Positions 45,767 through 53,993 of a stretch of 64,000 nt of DNA are shown one piece after another; within the stretch, counting starts at the first letter, position 1, and the number at the start of each line of letters is the position of its first letter. This DNA comes from a virus. The notes beneath the pieces are model-generated. The model did not search any database and was not told the origin of the DNA. It worked only from the letters and a program-made list of their open reading frames with translations. The stretch lies in IMG/VR virus record IMGVR_UViG_3300045988_137393; one strand, given 5' to 3'. The position numbers and the translations under genes were made by a program.

Positions 45767-46036
45767 ATGGAAAATTATAAAATTAGTTATAATGGTGATA
45801 CTCAAATAAAAAATATTCACCATATAGGTATTGATTATAATGGAAATTATTATAGTGTGATTTTCGGAGAATATGTAAATGGAGGATTCTTTAGTATTCC
45901 GAATTGGAATTGCGGTGGTGAGTTAGCTGGACTTAGCGATGTGTTTTGGAATACTGAATCTATTCAGAGATCATTAAAAAGTAAAAGAGCTTCTAAAGCT
46001 ATTGCAAAAGCGATAGCAGATTATGTAAAGGAGTGA
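45767..46036 (+). CDS. hypothetical protein
   Basis: GAAGGTGG RBS. Confidence 0.65.
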   Translation: MENYKISYNGDTQIKNIHHIGIDYNGNYYSVIFGEYVNGGFFSIPNWNCGGELAGLSDVFWNTESIQRSLKSKRASKAIAKAIADYVKE

Positions 46037-46041
46037 TTGGT

Positions 46042-47061
46042 ATGTGTTATAAGATAGAAGTGCAAAATAGAAATGCAGAGAAACTTAATAGAAAGTTAGA
46101 TGAGTTAAACGCACCACAGTTTTTAAGAGGTTATTTGAATGAGTTGGAAAGTAAAAGCGGAGCGTTAAATTATTTAGTGGCAATTAAAGATTTTTTACAG
46201 TGGTTGATTGAAAGCAATATTATCAAAAAGAAATCAATTTCTGAAATAGAAGTTTCTGATTTTAGTGACCTGCGACCACAAAATGTTAGTTCATATCTTA
46301 GATATAAGGAAATGAATGGGATGTCACCGACTACAACGGAGACAAGAAAGAATATTATAAAAAGTTTTATAAAAAATGTATATTCGTATAGAGAATGTTT
46401 ATTGAGAGAACTCTATAACAGTATGGAAGATTTTAGTAAACAAATAAAATATAAAGGAATATCCTCTAAAAACAACTTAACACAAAAACTTCCAACAGAA
46501 AAACAACTTAATGATATGGAAGAGAAAATAATGTGGAAAAAGGATGAATGTGTAAGAAATAGGAATATTGCAATCTTTCAAGTGTTAAGGGGAACTGGAA
46601 TAAGAGAATCTGAACTTGCTGGCTTGGATTTATCAGATTTACATTTAGATGAAAATAGTGAATGTATTGATCTTAATGATATGTCACATATTATGGTTTT
46701 ACCAAAAGGATATCAAAGAGAAACTGAAAAAAGATCTGTATATCTTACTGGATCTGCTCTGAAAGCATTAAGAGAATGGCTAGAATACAGAAATACATTA
46801 GATAACATTGTAGATACGGAAGCTGTATTTATTAATAAAAACGGAACTCGTACAACGGAAAGAAATATCAAACAGATATTTGAGAATTATGGAAATGGTA
46901 TTACTCCACATATGATGCGACATTATTATGCTAGTATAATGAACAGAAATGGAAATCTTGCATTTGTTCAGCAGCAGTTGGGGCATAGTAGTGTAAATAC
47001 AACAGTTAATAATTATGCAAACGGAGCTGTTGGTATGAGAGAAAAATTGATGGAGATGTGA
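46042..47061 (+). CDS. tyrosine recombinase (XerC/D-like), second copy
   Basis: LRGTGIRESELAGL (R box), HMMRHYYAS (H-x-x-R), LGHSSVNTTVNNY (catalytic Y). Confidence 0.85.
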   Translation: MCYKIEVQNRNAEKLNRKLDELNAPQFLRGYLNELESKSGALNYLVAIKDFLQWLIESNIIKKKSISEIEVSDFSDLRPQNVSSYLRYKEMNGMSPTTTETRKNIIKSFIKNVYSYRECLLRELYNSMEDFSKQIKYKGISSKNNLTQKLPTEKQLNDMEEKIMWKKDECVRNRNIAIFQVLRGTGIRESELAGLDLSDLHLDENSECIDLNDMSHIMVLPKGYQRETEKRSVYLTGSALKALREWLEYRNTLDNIVDTEAVFINKNGTRTTERNIKQIFENYGNGITPHMMRHYYASIMNRNGNLAFVQQQLGHSSVNTTVNNYANGAVGMREKLMEM

Positions 47062-47063
47062 TT

Positions 47064-47258
47064 ATGGTTGAATATATTGGAAAGAAAATCAGAACCGAAA
47101 AGAGAATAACGCTAAGAGGGTTAGCGAAAATGGCTGATATTGCACCAAGTACAATTAGCAAATGGGAAAATGGAAGTGCTGTTCCTGATTTAGCTGTACT
47201 TGATTTGGTTGCTAAGGCAATGGAAGTGAATCCGTTCGATCTTGTTAAATTTGTGTAA
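47064..47258 (+). CDS. XRE-family HTH protein
   Basis: ITLRGLAKMADIAPSTISKWENGSAVPDLAVLDLVAKAMEVNPFDL. Confidence 0.8.
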   Translation: MVEYIGKKIRTEKRITLRGLAKMADIAPSTISKWENGSAVPDLAVLDLVAKAMEVNPFDLVKFV

Positions 47259-47271
47259 TATGTATACGACA

Positions 47272-47475
47272 CTATTTCTTAGTGTCGCAGATAAAAATAT
47301 CATTTGGTGTGCAATTTAACGCCTGACATATTTTCTCTATGGTATCAAAACGAATGCTTTTTGTTTTTCCATTACAAATGTCACCAATATTATTACTAGA
47401 AATTCCAGTAGTTTTAGATAACCAATATTGAGTTTTTTCTTGATTGTCAAGAATTTGTTTAAGGTTTATTTTCAT
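47272..47475 (-). CDS. XRE-family HTH protein (leftward, divergent from mazF)
   Basis: TQYWLSKTTGISSNNIGDICNGKTKSIRFDTIEKICQALNCTPNDIF; AAGGAGGAAA RBS. Confidence 0.8.
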   Translation of the reverse strand: MKINLKQILDNQEKTQYWLSKTTGISSNNIGDICNGKTKSIRFDTIEKICQALNCTPNDIFICDTKK

Positions 47476-47546
47476 ATTTATTTTCCTCCTTATAAACTAC
47501 CTATTGGTATAATAGCAAAAAATATTATATTTTTCAATGATATATC

Positions 47547-47575
47547 TTGACATATGATATGTATAAGTATATAAT
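47547..47575 (+). promoter_or_regulatory. consensus sigma-A/sigma-70 promoter
   Basis: TTGACA (47547-52), exact 17-nt spacer, TATAAT (47570-75), ~70 nt upstream of mazF-like ATG. Confidence 0.8.
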
Positions 47576-47644
47576 GCAAAGCATAAGAAGTAGACAAAAG
47601 ATAAAAACGTAGGACATTACATAAGAAGAAAGGAGGTAAAAGGA

Positions 47645-48010
47645 ATGACTGTAAACTTTGGGGATGTTATGATGATTGACTTTGGAGAAGACAAAATTAA
47701 TTCGGTTCAAGTAGGAGTAAGACCAGGTGTGATCATTCAGAACGACATCGGGAACAAATATTCTCCAACCTCAATAGCTGTTCCTTTGACCAGTGAAATC
47801 AAGAAATTAAATATGCCATGTCATAAAGTCCTACATATGAATGAACAAAATGGCTTGACGGAAGATTCAATGGTGCTTGGAGAGCAAGTAAGGGTAATTG
47901 ACAAAAATTCGATATTATACAAAATGGGCACTTTAAACGATGGTGAATGTGATCTTGTCGTTAAAGCATATTTTGCAAATGTACCTAGAAGGAGGGTTAG
48001 TTGTGGCTGA
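47645..48010 (+). CDS. mazF: MazF/PemK-family endoribonuclease toxin
   Basis: GDVMMIDFGE...GVRPGVIIQND...IAVPLTSEIKK...GLTEDSMVLGEQVRVIDK matches PemK/MazF core. Confidence 0.8.
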   Translation: MTVNFGDVMMIDFGEDKINSVQVGVRPGVIIQNDIGNKYSPTSIAVPLTSEIKKLNMPCHKVLHMNEQNGLTEDSMVLGEQVRVIDKNSILYKMGTLNDGECDLVVKAYFANVPRRRVSCG

Positions 48011-48305
48011 ATATAAGACTATCACAAAGAAAGAATTGACAGAATTGTTAGATAAATATCCAGAAGATAAAGAGTTTAGTATTATCCAAACTCAACTTGG
48101 AATGACAATTATTCCATTAGGAGAGAGGATAGCAAATAAAGTAGATATTTTGGAAATTGCGAATGCAGCAAAAACAATGATTTATTCAGAGAATAAATTT
48201 ATGTCACAGGTTGATATGCACAGTGTAAGACAGGATATATTTAATATAGAAAGAAATGGAATAATGGATACGTTGTTGCTACCGAGATTTTCTAATAAGG
48301 AATAA
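48003..48305 (+). CDS. hypothetical protein overlapping mazF stop; candidate cognate antitoxin
   Basis: GTG 48003 7 nt after AGGAGGG, 8-nt overlap with mazF; no antitoxin fold recognisable. Confidence 0.5.
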   Translation: MAEYKTITKKELTELLDKYPEDKEFSIIQTQLGMTIIPLGERIANKVDILEIANAAKTMIYSENKFMSQVDMHSVRQDIFNIERNGIMDTLLLPRFSNKE

Positions 48306-48345
48306 CTTTAGTGTCCTGATTATAGGACACAATACATATTAAAAT

Positions 48346-48359
48346 GCAAACATGAACAA
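48346..48359. repeat. 14-nt direct repeat flanking IS (left)
   Basis: GCAAACATGAACAA, identical at 50098-50111. Confidence 0.85.
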
Positions 48360-50097
48360 CCTAAAATGAAAAATTAAACCTGTACTTTGACAACTGAAAA
48401 TGGCTATAAAAGGTCTAGTTTACTTTTTCTACAGCCCTTTCCAAGGCATGATATATTGGTTATATCGATTACTATCTGCTGGGAAAGGAGCAGATATGAA
48501 TTATTACAATGCTAGCGGACAAATGGATCTGTCAGATCGAATAGCAATAGAAACTGGGATATGCATCGGGGAGTCATTCAAAAAAATAGCAAAAAGACTT
48601 CGCAGACATCCATCTACTATTGCACATGAAGTTAAAGAAAACAGAACCTTCATTAAAGGTAATTACCCGAATGGAAAAGATTGCCGCATGGCAAGACAAT
48701 TCACAGTAAGGAATTTGTGCGGCTGTGATGAAGAAGCCTGTAATACAAAGTGTAGACTTTGCAGAGGAGTGGATTGTACCAAGGTATGCGATAGATATGT
48801 ATCAGTTGCTTGCCATAAGTTTGATTCGCCTCCGTATGTTTGTAATAACTGTAAGGATAAAAAGCTTTGCAACAAAGATAAGTATATTTACAGTGCGAAA
48901 TTCGCTGATGCAGCTGTAACTCGTCGTAGATCGGAGAGTCGACAAGGAGTTAGACTTTCTGATGAAAAGAAGGAAGAATTGGATGAACTTGTGACTCGAC
49001 TTGTTAAGAAAGGCCAGCCTTTAACACACATATATGCAGAACATGAAAATGAAATGCCAGTGTGTTTGAGAACACTTTATAACTATATCGATGAAGGTGC
49101 CTTATCTATTAAAAACATAGATTTAAGAAGAAAGACAGGCTACAAACCACGAAAGAAAAAGTACAACGATATCAATGGATTTCACTCAATGGAGTATAGA
49201 CAGTGTAGGACATATGAGGATTTTGAGTATGCGATGAAATTCAAATATTCAGAAGATGAAGTAACAGAAATGGATACTGTAAAAGGCGTTAGAGAATCTG
49301 GAAAGCGTTTGCTTACAATGATCTTTAGAAAGAACAACGTAATGCTACTATTCCTGATGCCAGATGGAAAAGCAGAATCCGTAAAAAGGGTTCTGGACTA
49401 TCTCGAGACAGGATTGGGAATAGATGTTTTTAGACGGTTGTTTCCGGTTATATTAACTGACAACGGCAGCGAATTCAAGAAGGTAGATGAGTTAGAACTT
49501 ACGCTGGATGAGGATGGCTTCCTAGTTTATAGAACAAGCCTTTATTACTGTGATCCAATGGCTTCATGGCAAAAAGGGTGTATCGAGAAGAATCATGAAT
49601 TTATTCGTTATGCCGTGCCAAAAGGAAAAAGCTTAAACCCATACACGCAAGAAGATATGACTTTATTAATGAATCATATCAATAGTGTAAAACGTCCTGG
49701 ACTTGGAAATAAAAGTCCATACGAGCTCGTAGAAGAGGATGATGAAGATTTCAAAGCATTAATGTCATTATTAAAAATGCACCTCATCCCGCCAGATGAA
49801 GTGCATTTAATGCCAGATTTATTCGTTAAAAAGTAATTAGACCGAAGCTGCAGATAGTAATCGATTTGTCAATAGGTATTAAATAGACGGGTCGCATTTA
49901 CTTTTGCATAACAAGTAGCCAGCCGTCTGTTAATCATGCAAACAAATATATACCTGCTATCTGGAATGCCTTAATTATAGCATGATATTTGAATTTGAAC
50001 ATCCATTATTAGGGCTTTATTTGACCTTTATTTGACCTCAGAACAGAATTTTGATTATTAGACGTATTTTCAGTTGGGTTTTAGTTTTTCATTCAAG
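48360..50097 (+). mobile_element. IS30-family insertion sequence (~1.74 kb)
   Basis: Imperfect terminal inverted repeats CCTAAAATGAAAAATTAAACC (48360-) vs revcomp of right end CTTGAATGAAAAACTAAAACC (-50097); single transposase ORF; flanked by 14-nt direct repeat. Confidence 0.75.
48496..49836 (+). CDS. IS30-family DDE transposase
   Basis: N-terminal HTH (ESFKKIAKRLRRHPSTIAHEV), DDE core with LTDNGSEF and YYCDPMASWQKGCIEKNHEFIRY (IS30-type SWQ+G..EN box); GGAAAGGAG RBS at ATG 48496. Confidence 0.8.
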   Translation: MNYYNASGQMDLSDRIAIETGICIGESFKKIAKRLRRHPSTIAHEVKENRTFIKGNYPNGKDCRMARQFTVRNLCGCDEEACNTKCRLCRGVDCTKVCDRYVSVACHKFDSPPYVCNNCKDKKLCNKDKYIYSAKFADAAVTRRRSESRQGVRLSDEKKEELDELVTRLVKKGQPLTHIYAEHENEMPVCLRTLYNYIDEGALSIKNIDLRRKTGYKPRKKKYNDINGFHSMEYRQCRTYEDFEYAMKFKYSEDEVTEMDTVKGVRESGKRLLTMIFRKNNVMLLFLMPDGKAESVKRVLDYLETGLGIDVFRRLFPVILTDNGSEFKKVDELELTLDEDGFLVYRTSLYYCDPMASWQKGCIEKNHEFIRYAVPKGKSLNPYTQEDMTLLMNHINSVKRPGLGNKSPYELVEEDDEDFKALMSLLKMHLIPPDEVHLMPDLFVKK

Positions 50098-50111
50098 GCA
50101 AACATGAACAA
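50098..50111. repeat. 14-nt direct repeat flanking IS (right)
   Basis: GCAAACATGAACAA. Confidence 0.85.
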
Positions 50112-50138
50112 GAAATCGAACAAACGTTTGCTTTACAC

Positions 50139-50167
50139 TTGACACAAACACATGTTTGGACTATGAT
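50139..50167 (+). promoter_or_regulatory. sigma-A-type promoter overlapped by CAAAC-type palindromes
   Basis: TTGACA (50139-44), 17-nt spacer, TATGAT (50162-67); palindromes CAAACGTTTG (50121-30) and CAAACAcaTGTTTG (50145-58). Confidence 0.6.
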
Positions 50168-50364
50168 TATTGTTGTAAGAGAAATAATGGAAATAAAAAA
50201 CAGTCCGAATGACGTGGCTGCAACCACATATGTCACTCAGACTGTAACTCAACCAACCAAGATTAAGTCATTACATATTTTGGCATAATTTTCCAGTTAT
50301 GTCAAGTTCAGTATGGCTAAAATCATAGCCTATTTCCAATATTTTATCAAAATTTAATATTTAT

Positions 50365-50437
50365 AGGGCATTCGCCAAGCGGAGAAGGCATTGCACTTTG
50401 ATTGCAAAATTCATCAGTTCGAATCTGATATGCCCTG
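50365..50437 (+). tRNA. tRNA-Gln (UUG)
   Basis: Acceptor AGGGCAT/ATGCCCT, D arm TCGCCAAGCGGAGAAGGC, anticodon arm TTGCA-CTTTGAT-TGCAA, T arm ATCAG-TTCGAAT-CTGAT. Confidence 0.85.
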
Positions 50438-50596
50438 CTTTGTGACATTCCACCCGGTATGTTACAGAACGCAAGAGATTTCCTTGTAAGAGCAAAATGT
50501 GTAGTTGCTAAAGTTCTACCATAGTTTAATCCACTAACGGATTACAAGCTGATACTATAGAACTTCCTGATAAACTTGCGATAGTGTCAGCTACTT
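50438..50596 (+). ncRNA. structured spacer between tRNA-Gln and tRNA-Met
   Basis: 7-bp closing helix GTAGTTG/CAGCTAC, inner helices GTTCTA..TAGAAC and TAATCC-ACTAAC-GGATTA; no T-loop signature. Confidence 0.3.
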
Positions 50597-50670
50597 GGAT
50601 CATTAGCACAATTGGTTAGTGCATTCGGCTCATAACCGAAAGGCTCAGAGTTCAAGTCTCTGATGATCCA
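50597..50670 (+). tRNA. tRNA-Met/Ile2-type (CAU), second copy
   Basis: Fully canonical fold: GGATCAT/ATGATCC, TAGCACAATTGGTTAGTGC, TTCGG-CTCATAA-CCGAA, CAGAG-TTCAAGT-CTCTG. Confidence 0.85.
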
Positions 50671-50695
50671 TTGCTAAATCAAACAAAGAGAGGAG

Positions 50696-51313
50696 ATGAT
50701 TACGTTGGCACAATATGTAATTACAGACGGTTCTCGTTGGATTATGAGAAATCGTAATGGTAAATATGTTCCAACATCTTGCGAGGCATTGGCTGATACA
50801 TTTTCAAATAAAGCAGCCAATAATCTATATAATAACTCGCTACCTAAAGCCTTGAAATCAGTATTTCATATCCAGAAAATTGATACCCCACCCGATAATG
50901 TAAAGCAGATTACACAATCAGAAGTGGAAAATAATACCGAAAAAGTTATGGTTGCTGAAAATATCCAGAAATGGATTGACAAAATAACTGATCTTAATGG
51001 ATTAGCAACAGATGCATTACATAGAAAAGAAGAGTTGTGTGAAGAACTTAGCTTTGTAGACAGGGAATTATCCGATATCAATCATTATATAGAATTTTGT
51101 AATCTTAATGCAGCACAAGGATGGAAAGCATATAAGATGATAAAGGAACGGAGAATAAAAAGAAGAAGTATTAAAAATGAGATACAAATTCTTAACATTA
51201 TTCTTGATAAAAAGATTTCTGACACAGTTACAAATGAGATTTTGGAATCCATGTCGAAAATGGATAAGCGTACATATGAACCACGAGTAATGAACGAGCT
51301 GTTTGATTTGTAA
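50696..51313 (+). CDS. hypothetical coiled-coil protein
   Basis: 205-aa ORF, AGAGGAG RBS. Confidence 0.7.
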   Translation: MITLAQYVITDGSRWIMRNRNGKYVPTSCEALADTFSNKAANNLYNNSLPKALKSVFHIQKIDTPPDNVKQITQSEVENNTEKVMVAENIQKWIDKITDLNGLATDALHRKEELCEELSFVDRELSDINHYIEFCNLNAAQGWKAYKMIKERRIKRRSIKNEIQILNIILDKKISDTVTNEILESMSKMDKRTYEPRVMNELFDL

Positions 51314-51326
51314 AGGAAGGATATAT

Positions 51327-51509
51327 ATGGTGATTTGTAAAAATTGTTATATTCCGATGATTGGAGTTATGTCGTTCTCAAAGGACAAGCATGAGAAATT
51401 CTGTCGTTGTTCGAAATGTTGTTCAGAGACACGACATATAAAAATCAATGATAATGAGTTGAGTTTTGGAGAATATTTGTATAGAGAGTTAGACAGAAAA
51501 AGGAAATGA
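51327..51509 (+). CDS. hypothetical zinc-ribbon protein
   Basis: AAAGGAAGGA RBS; CKNC...CRCSKCC. Confidence 0.6.
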   Translation: MVICKNCYIPMIGVMSFSKDKHEKFCRCSKCCSETRHIKINDNELSFGEYLYRELDRKRK

Positions 51510-51519
51510 AGTAAGGCAG

Positions 51520-53727
51520 GTGCATGAAGTGAAAGACGAAATATTGCGTGAAAAATTAAATAATCTTTCATCACAACAGTTGGAATGGATTAATGAATAC
51601 TGTGTAAATGATATGTCAAAATTGAAGAAAATTAGTTACAATGCATTTTTCAGGTATGGGATTCCAGCACATGAACATGACGAATTGTACGATGATGCAA
51701 TGAATGTTCTGATGGAAAGTGTTATCAACTTTGATTCATCTCAAGGTGCGAGTTTTAAAACTTACCTTATTAATAATATTAAAAAATCTGTTATTGACTG
51801 GTATAGAGACAACTATCAGAGATGTAAAAGAAAAAATCTATTAACTGATAAAAATGGAAAGATAGTAAAGGTTGATAAAAATGGAAATGTAACAGATGAC
51901 GATAAAGGAAAACCAGTTATTATTCCAGATACTTCATTTGATGCACCTACTGAAGAAGATAATGATTTAGTAGAAAAAATTGCATCTGACTTTAACGTAG
52001 AAGACAAGAGTGAGTTCGATTTTAGTGCCGATGAAAAAGTTGATAATTTTATTGATTCTTTGCCGAGGATACAAAAAAATATTTTGCTGATGCGGATGGA
52101 GAATGTTCCTGCTGATAATATAAAACAAAAATTGAATATATCAGACAGAGAATATAGTAGTGCTATGAAGTCAATTAAGATAAATAAAGGACTTTCAGTA
52201 TTTTCAAAGAATAAAAATGATGGGAATTATGATGTGGAGGTAAATAATATGGAAGACAGAATTATTGAAATTAGCGAATCTGAAAATTACAGGACGGACA
52301 AGTATAGCATGTATTCGTTGTTACAGGATAAGAAAAATGGAGACGTGAACTGCAACTACATCTTGCAACGTGAACCTTTTCAGTGGACTACAGAAGAAGC
52401 GAATAGATATTTTTGTCGTATTCTTAGTAATCTTCCTATTCCAGAAATTATTCTTTGTGAACAGAAGAAAAAGGGATTGACAATCTCTCATTTAATTGAC
52501 GGATTGCAGAGACTTTCATATGCTGAGGCATTCAAGGAAAATCGTATTAAGATTGGTTCAGCAGGAGCAGAGAGACATTTAATTCAGTATAGAGATTATG
52601 TCTTAGATGATAATGGAAATCGTGTACTTGATGAAGATGGCTTACCAGAATATGAGATGAAAATATTTGATGTTATAGGGAAATATTATAAAGATCTTCC
52701 TGATGAGTTAAAGAAACGATTCAATAATTTCAATATAAACGTAACAAAATTCTTTGATTGTACAGATGAGCAGATTGCAGATCATATTCGTGATTATAAC
52801 AATCATGCGAGTATGAATAAGGAACAGGGTGGTTTTCTTAATGTATCTGCACAGACAGCGGGATATATTAAAAATATTTCACAGAAAAACACATTCTTTA
52901 AAAATTGTGGGAAGTTTACAGATAATAATGTTATTAAGGGAAAGTTGGAACGTGTTGTTGCAGAATCAATAATGTTAATGTTCTTCCGTGATTCATGGAA
53001 AGCAAAACTTGATACAATTTACAAATATGTTGATGAAAATGCAACAGAACAGCAGTTCTTAAAACTTAATTCACATTTTAATAGATTGGAATTAGCATTA
53101 GGCGATGACAATAAAGACTTGAAGTCATTACTTACTCCAACTACAATGCCAATGTGGATTGCAGTATTTGATAAATTTACTACATATAATATTGAAGATT
53201 CAAGATTCATTGATTTCTTAAGAGCATATAATACAGAACTTAAAGATAAAGAAGTTGATGGTGTATCTATGGCAGATTTTAAAGACCAACAGACAAAGAA
53301 AAAGGCAACTATTACAGGTAAAATTGATTTACTTATAAAACTGATGAATGAATTTTTACATATTGGTACAAGAGAAGTAAATAACACAGAATTGGAGAAT
53401 AACAATACGAAAGAAAGTGCTGAAGAAAATACGGAAGAAAGTGTTCTTTCCTTTGTTCAAGAAAATGCAAATCCAAATGTGACAGACGAAGATATAAACC
53501 TTTACACAGACATGGTAGAAGATTGTGTTAAGATTGACGATCCAGTTTATAAAGAGTGTGGAATGGCATTAGTAGCACTCATGGCATATGCTTGTCAAAA
53601 TGATAAGGATCAGGATTTTGAAAAATGGATTGAGAATTACAGAAATAAATCTGATTTTAGTTCATCACAGAAAGTTAATTATACATATATGAAACGCAGC
53701 TTTGATAATTTTATAGCAAATGCGTAA
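51520..53727 (+). CDS. fusion protein: sigma-70-like regions 2 and 4 + DUF262 (ParB-like) domain + C-terminal extension
   Basis: N-term FDSSQGASFKTYLINNIKKSVIDWYRD (region 2-like) and LPRIQKNILLMRMENVPADNIKQKLNISDREYSSAMKSI (region 4 HTH-like); middle YILQREPFQWT...LIDGLQRLSYAE (DUF262 boxes); GTG start uncertain. Confidence 0.6.
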   Translation: MHEVKDEILREKLNNLSSQQLEWINEYCVNDMSKLKKISYNAFFRYGIPAHEHDELYDDAMNVLMESVINFDSSQGASFKTYLINNIKKSVIDWYRDNYQRCKRKNLLTDKNGKIVKVDKNGNVTDDDKGKPVIIPDTSFDAPTEEDNDLVEKIASDFNVEDKSEFDFSADEKVDNFIDSLPRIQKNILLMRMENVPADNIKQKLNISDREYSSAMKSIKINKGLSVFSKNKNDGNYDVEVNNMEDRIIEISESENYRTDKYSMYSLLQDKKNGDVNCNYILQREPFQWTTEEANRYFCRILSNLPIPEIILCEQKKKGLTISHLIDGLQRLSYAEAFKENRIKIGSAGAERHLIQYRDYVLDDNGNRVLDEDGLPEYEMKIFDVIGKYYKDLPDELKKRFNNFNINVTKFFDCTDEQIADHIRDYNNHASMNKEQGGFLNVSAQTAGYIKNISQKNTFFKNCGKFTDNNVIKGKLERVVAESIMLMFFRDSWKAKLDTIYKYVDENATEQQFLKLNSHFNRLELALGDDNKDLKSLLTPTTMPMWIAVFDKFTTYNIEDSRFIDFLRAYNTELKDKEVDGVSMADFKDQQTKKKATITGKIDLLIKLMNEFLHIGTREVNNTELENNNTKESAEENTEESVLSFVQENANPNVTDEDINLYTDMVEDCVKIDDPVYKECGMALVALMAYACQNDKDQDFEKWIENYRNKSDFSSSQKVNYTYMKRSFDNFIANA

Positions 53728-53993
53728 TCAATTTGGTAATAAGCAATAGCTTTTACATAAAAGATGGGCAACGATATGTCGTGAAGTTGCTGTTGCCCAT
53801 CTCGCATATCAACTAGGAATAATCCAGAAGTCGATATACATATATAGTATCTCATTTCTATGGCTGAATCAATATCCAAATGACATTCTTCTCGTTCTGA
53901 GTTGGATTATTCCATTATTAAAAATGGTAAATGAACAGAAATTAAAATAGAAATATCAAAATAAAGTTCGTTTCTTTAGAAGAGAGGTGAAAG

